In this document: positions 27,155 to 35,391 of the stretch, in pieces | Layout: each line of letters starts with the position of its first letter | Position numbering within the stretch: position 1 is the stretch's first letter | From: a virus | Taxonomy: Duplodnaviria; Heunggongvirae; Uroviricota; Caudoviricetes | Length of the DNA: 35,391 nt | IMG/VR virus record: IMGVR_UViG_2718218309_000002 | Reading direction: 5' to 3' (one strand) | Made by a program: the position numbers and the translations under genes | The notes under the pieces: model-generated | Databases searched by the model: none | Seen by the model: only the letters and a program-made list of their open reading frames with translations | What the model was told of the DNA's origin: nothing

Positions 27155-28345
27155 ATGAGTGACTATCATCACGGCGTGCAGGTGCTGGAGATTAACGACG
27201 GCACCCGCGTCATTTCCACCGTATCCACCGCCATTGTTGGCATGGTCTGCACGGCCAGCGATGCGGATGCGGAAATCTTCCCCCTCAATAAACCGGTGCT
27301 GATTACCAATGTGCAGAGTGCAATTGCAAAGGCCGGTAAAAAAGGCACGCTGGCGGCGTCGTTGCAGGCTATCGCCGACCAGTCAAAACCGGTCACCGTT
27401 GTCGTACGTGTGGAAGACGGCACCGGCGAAGACGAAGAAACGAAACTCGCGCAGACCGTTTCCAATATCATCGGCACCACTGACGAAAACGGTCAGTACA
27501 CCGGACTGAAGGCCCTGCTGGCGGCAGAGTCGGTAACCGGTGTTAAACCGCGTATTCTCGGCGTGCCGGGACTGGACACCAAAGAGGTGGCTGTTGCACT
27601 GGCATCAGTCTGTCAGAAGCTGCGCGCTTTCGGGTATATCAGCGCATGGGGCTGTAAAACCATTTCCGAGGTGAAAGCCTACCGCCAGAATTTCAGCCAG
27701 CGTGAGCTGATGGTCATCTGGCCGGATTTCCTCGCATGGGATACGGTCGCCAGTACCACCGCCACCGCGTATGCCACCGCCCGTGCGCTGGGTCTGCGCG
27801 CTAAAATGGACCAGGAGCAGGGCTGGCATAAAACGCTGTCCAACGTCGGGGTGAACGGTGTTACCGGCATCAGCGCGTCCGTATTCTGGGATTTGCAGGA
27901 GTCCGGCACCGATGCTGACCTGCTTAACGAGTCAGGCGTCACAACGCTGATTCGCCGTGACGGTTTCCGCTTCTGGGGTAACCGTACCTGCTCTGATGAT
28001 CCGCTGTTCCTCTTTGAAAACTACACCCGCACCGCGCAGGTGCTGGCCGACACGATGGCTGAGGCGCACATGTGGGCGGTGGACAAGCCCATCACCGCAA
28101 CGCTGATTCGCGACATCGTTGACGGCATCAATGCCAAATTCCGTGAGCTGAAAACAAACGGCTATATCGTGGATGCGACCTGCTGGTTCAGCGAAGAGTC
28201 CAACGATGCGGAAACCCTCAAGGCCGGAAAACTGTATATCGACTACGACTATACCCCGGTGCCTCCTCTTGAAAATCTGACCCTGCGCCAGCGCATTACC
28301 GATAAATACCTGGCAAATCTGGTCACTTCGGTTAACAGCAATTAA
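27155..28345 (+). CDS. FI: Tail sheath protein gpFI (396 aa)
   Basis: 396 aa, P2 gpFI position and length. Confidence 0.96.
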   Translation: MSDYHHGVQVLEINDGTRVISTVSTAIVGMVCTASDADAEIFPLNKPVLITNVQSAIAKAGKKGTLAASLQAIADQSKPVTVVVRVEDGTGEDEETKLAQTVSNIIGTTDENGQYTGLKALLAAESVTGVKPRILGVPGLDTKEVAVALASVCQKLRAFGYISAWGCKTISEVKAYRQNFSQRELMVIWPDFLAWDTVASTTATAYATARALGLRAKMDQEQGWHKTLSNVGVNGVTGISASVFWDLQESGTDADLLNESGVTTLIRRDGFRFWGNRTCSDDPLFLFENYTRTAQVLADTMAEAHMWAVDKPITATLIRDIVDGINAKFRELKTNGYIVDATCWFSEESNDAETLKAGKLYIDYDYTPVPPLENLTLRQRITDKYLANLVTSVNSN

Positions 28346-28357
28346 GGAGCCTGACCG

Positions 28358-28876
28358 ATGGCAATGCCGCGCAAACTCAAGTTAATGAACGTCTTTCTGA
28401 ACGGCTACAGCTATCAGGGCGTTGCAAAGTCCGTCACGCTGCCAAAACTGACCCGTAAGCTCGAAAACTATCGCGGTGCGGGGATGAACGGCAGCGCACC
28501 GGTAGACCTCGGCCTTGATGACGATGCGCTGTCAATGGAGTGGTCGCTCGGTGGCTTCCCGGATTCGGTTATCTGGGAGCTTTACGCCGCAACCGGTGTG
28601 GATGCTGTGCCGATTCGTTTTGCAGGCTCTTACCAGCGTGACGATACCGGCGAAACGGTGGCCGTCGAAGTGGTCATGCGTGGACGTCAGAAAGAAATCG
28701 ACACCGGCGAGGGCAAACAGGGAGAAGACACCGAGTCGAAAATCTCCGTGGTCTGCACCTATTTCCGGCTGACGATGGACGGTAAGGAGCTGGTCGAAAT
28801 CGACACCATCAACATGATTGAGAAGGTGAACGGCGTCGACCGGCTGGAGCAACACCGCCGCAATATCGGCCTGTGA
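28358..28876 (+). CDS. FII: Tail tube protein gpFII (172 aa)
   Basis: 172 aa, P2 gpFII position and length. Confidence 0.96.
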   Translation: MAMPRKLKLMNVFLNGYSYQGVAKSVTLPKLTRKLENYRGAGMNGSAPVDLGLDDDALSMEWSLGGFPDSVIWELYAATGVDAVPIRFAGSYQRDDTGETVAVEVVMRGRQKEIDTGEGKQGEDTESKISVVCTYFRLTMDGKELVEIDTINMIEKVNGVDRLEQHRRNIGL

Positions 28877-28932
28877 TTTTCATCCGGTCAGCCTGGCTGA
28901 CCGGTTAACCCCGATTCAGAAGTGAGAAAACC

Positions 28933-29208
28933 ATGAACAAAGAAAATGTGATTACCCTGGACAATCCGGTCAAGCGTGGTGAGCAGGTTATCGAACAGGT
29001 CACGCTGATGAAACCCAATGCCGGGACGCTGCGCGGTGTCAGTCTGGCTGCGGTCGCAAACTCCGAAGTCGATGCGCTGATTAAGGTGCTGCCGCGCATG
29101 ACGGCACCAATGCTGACCGAGCAGGAGGTCGCCGCGCTGGAACTGCCTGACCTTGTGGCGCTGGCCGGTAAGGTGGTCGGTTTTTTGTCGCCGAACTCGG
29201 TGCAGTGA
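28933..29208 (+). CDS. E: Tail assembly chaperone gpE (91 aa)
   Basis: 91 aa ending GFLSPNSVQ; contains a TTTTTTG slippery site near its 3' end. Confidence 0.92.
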   Translation: MNKENVITLDNPVKRGEQVIEQVTLMKPNAGTLRGVSLAAVANSEVDALIKVLPRMTAPMLTEQEVAALELPDLVALAGKVVGFLSPNSVQ

Positions 29209-29360
29209 CGTTCCCGAAAAATTTCTCGGTCGATGACCTGATGGCGGATGTGGCAGTGATATTTCACTGGCCGCCATCAGAACTGTATCCCATGAGCCTG
29301 ACCGAACTCATCACATGGCGCGAAAAGGCGCTCCGGCGAAGCGGAAACACGAATGAGTGA
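28933..29360 (+). CDS. E': Tail assembly chaperone gpE+E' (programmed -1 frameshift product, about 142 aa)
   Basis: Slippery heptamer TTTTTTG at 29181..29187; the -1 frame continues ...VAELGAVTFPKNFSVDDLMADVAVIFHWPPSELYPMSLTELITWREKALRRSGNTNE to a TGA overlapping the T start. Confidence 0.75.
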
Positions 29361-31800
29361 CAATGTAAAATTACAGGTATTGCTCAGGGCTGTTGACCAG
29401 GCATCCCGCCCGTTTAAATCCATCCGTACAGCGAGCAGGTCGCTGTCGGGTGATATCCGGGAAACACAAAAATCACTGCGCGAGCTGAACGGTCAGGCAT
29501 CCCGTATTGAGGGATTCCGCAAGACCAGTGCACAGCTCGCCGTGACTGGTCATGCACTTGAAAAGGCACGGCAGGAGGCCGAAGCCCTTGCCACACAGTT
29601 TAAAAACACCGAGCGTCCGACCCGTGCTCAGGCGAAAGTGCTGGAATCCGCAAAGCGAGCAGCGGAGGACTTACAGGCGAAATATAACCGCCTGACGGAT
29701 TCCGTTAAACGCCAGCAGCGGGAACTGGCTGCTGTGGGAATTAATACCCGCAATCTTGCACATGATGAGCAGGGGCTGAAAAACCGTATCAGTGAAACCA
29801 CCGCGCAGCTTAACCGGCAGCGTGACGCGCTGGCGCGTGTCAGTGCGCAACAGGCAAAACTTAACGCAGTAAAACAGCGTTATCAGGCCGGAAAGGAACT
29901 GGCCGGAACTATGGCCTCAGTGGGCGCTGCCGGTGTGGGGATTGCGGCGGCGGGAACGATGGCCGGTGTTAAGTTGCTGATGCCCGGTTATGAGTTTGCG
30001 CAGAAAAACTCAGAATTGCAGGCCGTGCTCGGCGTGGCAAAAGACTCCGCCGAAATGGCCGCACTCCGCAAGCAGGCGCGCCAGCTCGGTGACAATACTG
30101 CCGCCTCGGCGGATGATGCAGCCGGTGCACAGATTATCATTGCGAAAGCCGGTGGAGATGCTGCGGCTATTCAGGCGGCAACGCCGGTCACGCTGAATAT
30201 GGCACTGGCGAATCAGCGGTCGATGGAAGAAAACGCGCAACTGTTGCTGGGGACTAAGGCATCCTTTCAACTGTCAAATGATGATGTCAGTCATGTGGGC
30301 GACGTGTTGTCGGCAACGATGAATAAGTCGGCGGCTGATTTTCAGGGACTCAGTGATGCACTGACTTATCTCGGCCCGGTTGCGAAGACGGCAGGTGTAA
30401 GTCTTGAGCAGGCAGCAGCCATGACAGGTGTGCTGCATGACAATAACATCAGGGGGTCAATGGCGGGTACGGGTAGCAGTGCCGTTGTCACCCGATTACA
30501 GGCTCCGACAGGGAAAGCATGGGATGCACTCAAAGAGCTTGGCGTTAAAACCTCGGACAAAAAGGGAAATATGCGCCCGTTGTTCACCATTCTGAAAGAG
30601 ATTCAGGCCAGCTTTGATAAACACAAGCTGGGAACGTCTCAGAAGGGGGAATACCTTAAAACCATTTTTGGTGAGGAAGCCCTGAAATCAGCGAACGTTT
30701 TACTGGCAGCGGCAGCAAGCGGAAAACTGGATACGCTGACCGCCACGCTGAAAGCCTCGGACGGTAAAACGGAAGAGCTGGTTAAAATCATGCAGGATAA
30801 CCTCGGCGGTGACTTTAAGGAGTTTCAGTCCGCTTATGAGGCGGTGGGGACTGACCTGTTTGACCAGCAGGAAGGCGCACTGCGTAAGCTCACACAGACG
30901 GCCACAAAGTATGTGTTAAAACTCGACGGCTGGATCCAGAAAAACAAATCACTGGCGTCAACCATCGGCCTCATTGTCGGTGGCGCACTGGCGCTGACTG
31001 GCGTCATCGGTGCCATTGGCCTCGTAGCCTGGCCGGTTATCACCGGCATCAATGCCATCATCGCGGCAGCAGGCGCAATGGGGGCAATCTTCACGACGGT
31101 TGGCAGTGCTGTTATGACGGCCATCGGGGCGATTAGCTGGCCGGTTGTTGCCGTGGTGGCCGCCATTGTCGCCGGGGCGTTGCTTATTCGTAAATACTGG
31201 GAGCCTGTCAGCGCATTCTTTGGCGGTGTGGTTGAAGGGCTGAAAGCGGCATTTGCGCCGGTGGGGGAACTGTTCACGCCACTTAAACCGGTGTTTGACT
31301 GGCTCGGTGAAAAGTTACAGGCCGCGTGGCAGTGGTTTAAAAACCTGATTGCCCCGGTCAAAGCCACCCAGGACACCCTGAACCGTTGCCGTGACACGGG
31401 TGTCATGTTCGGGCAGGCACTGGCTGACGCGTTGATGCTGCCGCTTAATGCGTTCAACAAACTGCGCAGTGGTATTGACTGGGTACTGGAAAAACTCGGT
31501 GTCATCAACAAAGAGTCAGACACACTTGACCAGACCGCCGCAAGGACTAATGCCGCCACGTATGGCACCGGTGGTTATATTCCGGCGACCAGCTCTTATG
31601 CAGGCTATCAGGCTTATCAGCCGGTCACGGCACCGGCTGGCCGCTCTTATGTGGACCAGAGTAAAAACGAATATCACATCAGCCTGACCGGTGGTACTGC
31701 GCCGGGGACACAGCTTGACCGCCAGTTACAGGATGCGCTCGAAAAATACGAGCGGGATAAACGTGCGCGTGCCCGTGCCAGCATGATGCATGACGGTTAA
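29353..31800 (+). CDS. T: Tail tape measure protein gpT (815 aa)
   Basis: 815 aa with a coiled-coil N-terminus and a hydrophobic Gly/Ala-rich central region; P2 gpT position. Confidence 0.95.
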   Translation: MSDNVKLQVLLRAVDQASRPFKSIRTASRSLSGDIRETQKSLRELNGQASRIEGFRKTSAQLAVTGHALEKARQEAEALATQFKNTERPTRAQAKVLESAKRAAEDLQAKYNRLTDSVKRQQRELAAVGINTRNLAHDEQGLKNRISETTAQLNRQRDALARVSAQQAKLNAVKQRYQAGKELAGTMASVGAAGVGIAAAGTMAGVKLLMPGYEFAQKNSELQAVLGVAKDSAEMAALRKQARQLGDNTAASADDAAGAQIIIAKAGGDAAAIQAATPVTLNMALANQRSMEENAQLLLGTKASFQLSNDDVSHVGDVLSATMNKSAADFQGLSDALTYLGPVAKTAGVSLEQAAAMTGVLHDNNIRGSMAGTGSSAVVTRLQAPTGKAWDALKELGVKTSDKKGNMRPLFTILKEIQASFDKHKLGTSQKGEYLKTIFGEEALKSANVLLAAAASGKLDTLTATLKASDGKTEELVKIMQDNLGGDFKEFQSAYEAVGTDLFDQQEGALRKLTQTATKYVLKLDGWIQKNKSLASTIGLIVGGALALTGVIGAIGLVAWPVITGINAIIAAAGAMGAIFTTVGSAVMTAIGAISWPVVAVVAAIVAGALLIRKYWEPVSAFFGGVVEGLKAAFAPVGELFTPLKPVFDWLGEKLQAAWQWFKNLIAPVKATQDTLNRCRDTGVMFGQALADALMLPLNAFNKLRSGIDWVLEKLGVINKESDTLDQTAARTNAATYGTGGYIPATSSYAGYQAYQPVTAPAGRSYVDQSKNEYHISLTGGTAPGTQLDRQLQDALEKYERDKRARARASMMHDG

Positions 31801-31814
31801 GGAGGTGACGAAAA

Positions 31815-32294
31815 ATGATGCTCGCGTTAGGTATGTTTGTTTTTATGCGCCAGACGCTGCCACACCAGACCATGCAGCGTGAATCAGATTATCGCTGGCC
31901 GTCAAATTCCCGTATCGGTAAACGGGATGCCTACCAGTTTCTCGGTGTGGGTGAGGAAAACATGACGCTGGCCGGTGTGCTTTATCCCGAACTGACCGGC
32001 GGCAAGCTGACGATGACCACGCTCAGGCTGATGGCAGAGGAAGGCCGGGCGTGGCCGTTGCTGGATGGCACCGGCATGATTTACGGCATGTATGTCATCA
32101 GCAGGGTGAGTGAAACAGGGAGTATTTTCTTTGCAGACGGCACACCCCGAAAAATTGATTTTACGCTGTCGCTCACCCGCGTTGATGAATCACTGGCCGC
32201 GCTTTATGGCGATATAGGTAAACAGGCGGAATCGCTCATCGGTAAGGCTGGCAGTATGACAACCAGATTCACGGGTATGACGGGGGCGGGATAA
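31815..32294 (+). CDS. U: Tail protein gpU (159 aa)
   Basis: 159 aa, P2 gpU position and length. Confidence 0.94.
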   Translation: MMLALGMFVFMRQTLPHQTMQRESDYRWPSNSRIGKRDAYQFLGVGEENMTLAGVLYPELTGGKLTMTTLRLMAEEGRAWPLLDGTGMIYGMYVISRVSETGSIFFADGTPRKIDFTLSLTRVDESLAALYGDIGKQAESLIGKAGSMTTRFTGMTGAG

Positions 32295-33457
32295 TGCTGG
32301 ATGCGCTGACATTTGATGCAGGCAGTACGCTGACACCGGATTACATGCTGATGCTCGACAGCAGGGATATTACCGGCAATATCAGCGACCGTCTGATGAG
32401 CATGACCCTGACGGATAACCGGGGCTTTGAGGCTGACCAGCTTGATATTGAACTGAACGATGCCGACGGGCAGGTCGGGCTGCCGGTTCGTGGCGCTGTC
32501 CTGACGGTGTATATCGGCTGGAAAGGTTTTGCCCTGGTATGCAAAGGGAAATTTACCGTTGATGAGGTTGAACACCGGGGCGCGCCGGATGTGGTTACCA
32601 TCCGCGCCCGGAGTGCAGATTTCCGCGGGACGCTCAATTCCCGCCGTGAAGGCTCCTGGCATGACACCACGCTCGGTGCGATTGTTGAGGCGATAGCCTC
32701 CCGTAACAGACTGGAAGCCAGTGTCGCTCCGTCACTGGCCGGAATTAAAATCCCGCACATCGACCAGTCGCAGGAGTCTGATGCGAAATTCCTGACCCGT
32801 CTTGCAGAACGCAACGGCGGTGAGGTCTCTGTAAAAATGGGAAAACTGTTGTTTCTCAAAGCGGGGCAGGGGGTGACGGCCAGTGGTAAAAAAATCCCGC
32901 AGATTACCATCACCCGCAGCGACGGCGACCGTCATCATTTTGCGATTGCTGACCGTGGAGCTTACACCGGCGTAACGGCAAAGTGGTTACACACCAAAGA
33001 CCCGAAGCCGCAAAAGCAGAAGGTAAAACTGAAACGCAAAAAGAAAGAGAAACACCTGCGCGCACTGGAACACCCGAAAGCGAAACCAGTCACGCAGAAG
33101 AAAGCGCCAAAAGTACCGGAAGCGCGCGAAGGTGAATACATGGCAGGTGAGGCTGACAACGTTTTTGCCCTGACCACGGTATATGCCACGAAAGCGCAGG
33201 CCATGCGCGCCGCTCAGGCGAAGTGGGATAAGCTGCAACGGGGCGTTGCGGAGTTCTCCATCAGTCTGGCTACTGGTCGGGCAGATATTTACACGGAAAC
33301 GCCGGTCAAAGTATCAGGCTTTAAGCGCGTCATAGACGAGCAGGACTGGACAATCACTAAGGTGACACATTTTCTGAATAATAGCGGCTTCACGACGTCC
33401 CTGGAGCTTGAGGTCAGGCTTTCTGATGTGGAGTACGAAACAGAAGATGATGAGTGA
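32294..33457 (+). CDS. D: Tail protein gpD (387 aa)
   Basis: 387 aa, start overlaps the U stop; P2 gpD position and length. Confidence 0.94.
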   Translation: MLDALTFDAGSTLTPDYMLMLDSRDITGNISDRLMSMTLTDNRGFEADQLDIELNDADGQVGLPVRGAVLTVYIGWKGFALVCKGKFTVDEVEHRGAPDVVTIRARSADFRGTLNSRREGSWHDTTLGAIVEAIASRNRLEASVAPSLAGIKIPHIDQSQESDAKFLTRLAERNGGEVSVKMGKLLFLKAGQGVTASGKKIPQITITRSDGDRHHFAIADRGAYTGVTAKWLHTKDPKPQKQKVKLKRKKKEKHLRALEHPKAKPVTQKKAPKVPEAREGEYMAGEADNVFALTTVYATKAQAMRAAQAKWDKLQRGVAEFSISLATGRADIYTETPVKVSGFKRVIDEQDWTITKVTHFLNNSGFTTSLELEVRLSDVEYETEDDE

Positions 33458-33538
33458 TGTTTTTATTTTATCTGTTTGTTTTATAAGGATAAATTAACTA
33501 AAATGGCACCATCAACAAAACCGGAAGAGGTGCTCGCG

Positions 33539-33757
33539 ATGTTTCATTGTCCTTTATGCCAGCATGCCGCACATGCGCGTACAAGTCGCTATATCACTGA
33601 CACGACAAAAGAGCGTTATCACCAGTGCCAGAACGTGAATTGCAGCGCCACGTTCATCACTTATGAGTCGGTACAGCGATACATCGTGAAGCCGGGAGAA
33701 GTCCACGCCGTAAGACCGCACCCGTTGCCGTCAGGGCAGCAAATTATGTGGATGTAA
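33539..33757 (+). CDS. ogr: Late-gene transcription activator Ogr (zinc finger, 72 aa)
   Basis: ORF-track frame 33476..33757; ATG at codon 22 gives MFHCPLCQHAAHARTSRYITDTTKERYHQCQNVNCSATF with a CxxC...CxxxxC zinc finger. Confidence 0.95.
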   Translation: MFHCPLCQHAAHARTSRYITDTTKERYHQCQNVNCSATFITYESVQRYIVKPGEVHAVRPHPLPSGQQIMWM

Positions 33758-33769
33758 TTACAAACAGGA

Positions 33770-33795
33770 AGCCCCTCAGTCGAGGGGCTTTTTTG
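33770..33795 (+). terminator. Intrinsic terminator after ogr
   Basis: AGCCCCTC-AGTC-GAGGGGCT hairpin followed by TTTTTTG immediately after the ogr stop. Confidence 0.7.
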
Positions 33796-33858
33796 TCGAT
33801 GTGGTCAATGTGTGGACGTGACCAGAAATAAATCCTTTTATTTCATTGTATTACGCGT

Positions 33859-33885
33859 AAAAAATAAGCCCGTGTAAGGGAGATT
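33859..33885. repeat. attR: 27-bp P2-type att core AAAAAATAAGCCCGTGTAAGGGAGATT
   Basis: Exact direct repeat of 1791..1817, about 100 bp downstream of ogr. Confidence 0.85.
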
Positions 33886-34029
33886 ACACAGGCTAAGGAG
33901 GTGGTTCCTGGTACAGCTAGCATTTTATGGGTTATGTTTTTCAGCGAAACGGATGATAACCTTAATAAATACAGCTGTATGTGATCGGTTTCTAAGAATT
34001 TTCCATCCGGGAAAAATAATCGAAATTAA

Positions 34030-35391
34030 TCACTTACCGTGGGGATTACGCGTGGTTTCCCCGGAGAAATTACGCATCAGCAGCGCGTAATTGAGCTCAA
34101 GATCCTGCGGGACCGGGAGCCACACAGTATAACCATCGCCTGGTGCTATCGGCATAGCTTCGCCTTTGGCGTTTTCCATGTGCTCAAGGGTAAAATTAAT
34201 GTTGCCTTGCGGCGTCATCAGCTCAAGGCTGTCGCCAACGGAGAATTTATTTTTCACCGCTACCGCCGCGAGGTCCCCCTTGCGCTCACCGGTAAACTCA
34301 CCAACAAACTGCTGGCGGTCAGAAACTGAATAACCGTATTCGTAGTTCTGATAATCGTCGTGAGTATGACGACGCAGGAAACCTTCGGTATAGCCACGAT
34401 GCGCCAGACCTTCCAGAGTTTCCAGCAGGCTGGTATCGAACGGTTTTCCCGCAGCGGCGTCATCGATAGCTTTGCGGTAAACCTGTGCGGTGCGTGCACA
34501 ATAGTAGAAAGATTTGGTACGACCTTCGATTTTCAGCGAATGCACGCCCATTTTGGTCAGGCGTTCTACATGGGCGATGGCGCGCAGATCTTTCGAGTTC
34601 ATGATGTAAGTGCCGTGCTCATCTTCAAACGCGGTCATATACTCGCCCGGACGCTGGGCCTCTTCGATCATAAACACTTTGTCGGTTGGTGCGCCGATAC
34701 CCAGCGTCGGCTCAACATTTTGCACCGGAATCGGCTCGTACTTGTGTACGATGTTGCCAACATCATCTTCTTTCCCTTCCTGGACGTTGTACTCCCAGCG
34801 GCAGGCGTTGGTGCAGGTGCCCTGGTTCGGGTCGCGCTTGTTGATATAGCCAGAGAGCAGGCAGCGACCGGAGTAGGCCATGCACAGCGCGCCGTGAACG
34901 AAGATCTCGATCTCCATATCCGGCACCTGATTGCGGATCTCTTCAATCTCTTCCAGCGACAGCTCGCGAGAGAGGATCACGCGGGTCAGGCCCATTTGCT
35001 GCCAGAATTTCACCGTCGCCCAGTTCACGGCGTTAGCCTGCACCGAAAGGTGGATCGGCATTTCAGGGAAGTGCTCACGCACCAGCATAATCAGCCCTGG
35101 ATCGGACATAATCAGCGCATCCGGCCCCATTTCCACCACCGGTTTCAGGTCACGGATAAAGGTTTTCAGCTTGGCGTTGTGCGGTGCAATGTTGACCACG
35201 ACATAAAACTTTTTCCCCAGCGCGTGGGCTTCATTGATGCCGAGCTGAAGATTTTCGTGGTTGAATTCGTTGTTGCGCACACGCAGGGAATAACGCGGCT
35301 GGCCCGCATAAACAGCATCTGCGCCATAAGCGAAAGCGTAACGCATATTTTTCAGCGTTCCCGCCGGGGAAAGGAGTTCCGGTTTAAACAT
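34030..35391 (-). CDS. yegQ: U32-family peptidase-like protein YegQ (host gene, 453 aa, complete)
   Basis: Begins MFKPELLSPAGTLKNMRYAFAYGADAVYAG, matching my recollection of E. coli YegQ; the ATG is the last three bases of the window. Confidence 0.93.
   Translation of the reverse strand: MFKPELLSPAGTLKNMRYAFAYGADAVYAGQPRYSLRVRNNEFNHENLQLGINEAHALGKKFYVVVNIAPHNAKLKTFIRDLKPVVEMGPDALIMSDPGLIMLVREHFPEMPIHLSVQANAVNWATVKFWQQMGLTRVILSRELSLEEIEEIRNQVPDMEIEIFVHGALCMAYSGRCLLSGYINKRDPNQGTCTNACRWEYNVQEGKEDDVGNIVHKYEPIPVQNVEPTLGIGAPTDKVFMIEEAQRPGEYMTAFEDEHGTYIMNSKDLRAIAHVERLTKMGVHSLKIEGRTKSFYYCARTAQVYRKAIDDAAAGKPFDTSLLETLEGLAHRGYTEGFLRRHTHDDYQNYEYGYSVSDRQQFVGEFTGERKGDLAAVAVKNKFSVGDSLELMTPQGNINFTLEHMENAKGEAMPIAPGDGYTVWLPVPQDLELNYALLMRNFSGETTRNPHGK

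Larger units (their letters stand above)
1791..33885. mobile_element. Complete P2-like prophage (Peduovirus-type), about 32.1 kb, between yegR and yegQ
   Basis: Flanked by identical 27-bp att cores; full P2 gene order from int to ogr; proteins C, Cox, Ogr, Int, Q, P, N, FI and others read as P2 orthologues. Confidence 0.95.

Noticed and set aside
30834-31568. 244-aa minus-strand ORF
   Set aside because: Antisense within tape-measure gene T; a GC-rich-frame artefact.

Overview
The window runs from the stop codon of yegS (1..900, minus strand) to the start codon of yegQ (34030..35391, minus strand) and is almost entirely one complete P2-like (Peduovirus-type) prophage of about 32 kb. The prophage is bounded by two 27-bp direct copies of the P2 att core (1791..1817 and 33859..33885), with int beside attL and ogr beside attR. 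The backbone is collinear with phage P2: int, C, cox, orf78, B, orf80-83, A, [cargo slot 1], cos, Q, P, O, N, M, L, X, Y, K, lysA/B/C, R, S, V, W, J, I, H, G, [cargo slot 2], FI, FII, E/E', T, U, D, ogr. The two AT-rich cargo slots sit where P2 carries tin/old and Z/fun. Slot 1 holds one 976-aa gene (8141..11071, minus strand) whose protein combines an N-terminal PD-(D/E)xK nuclease-like domain, a central P-loop NTPase and a C-terminal cold-shock-like domain; I do not recognise this architecture as a named defence system, and it is the best candidate for an undescribed system here. Slot 2 holds a 299-aa protein of unknown function (25936..26835). All calls rest on reading the translated ORFs and the sequence by eye; no database search was run. 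Coordinates derived by counting in the printed sequence may be off by 1 nt.
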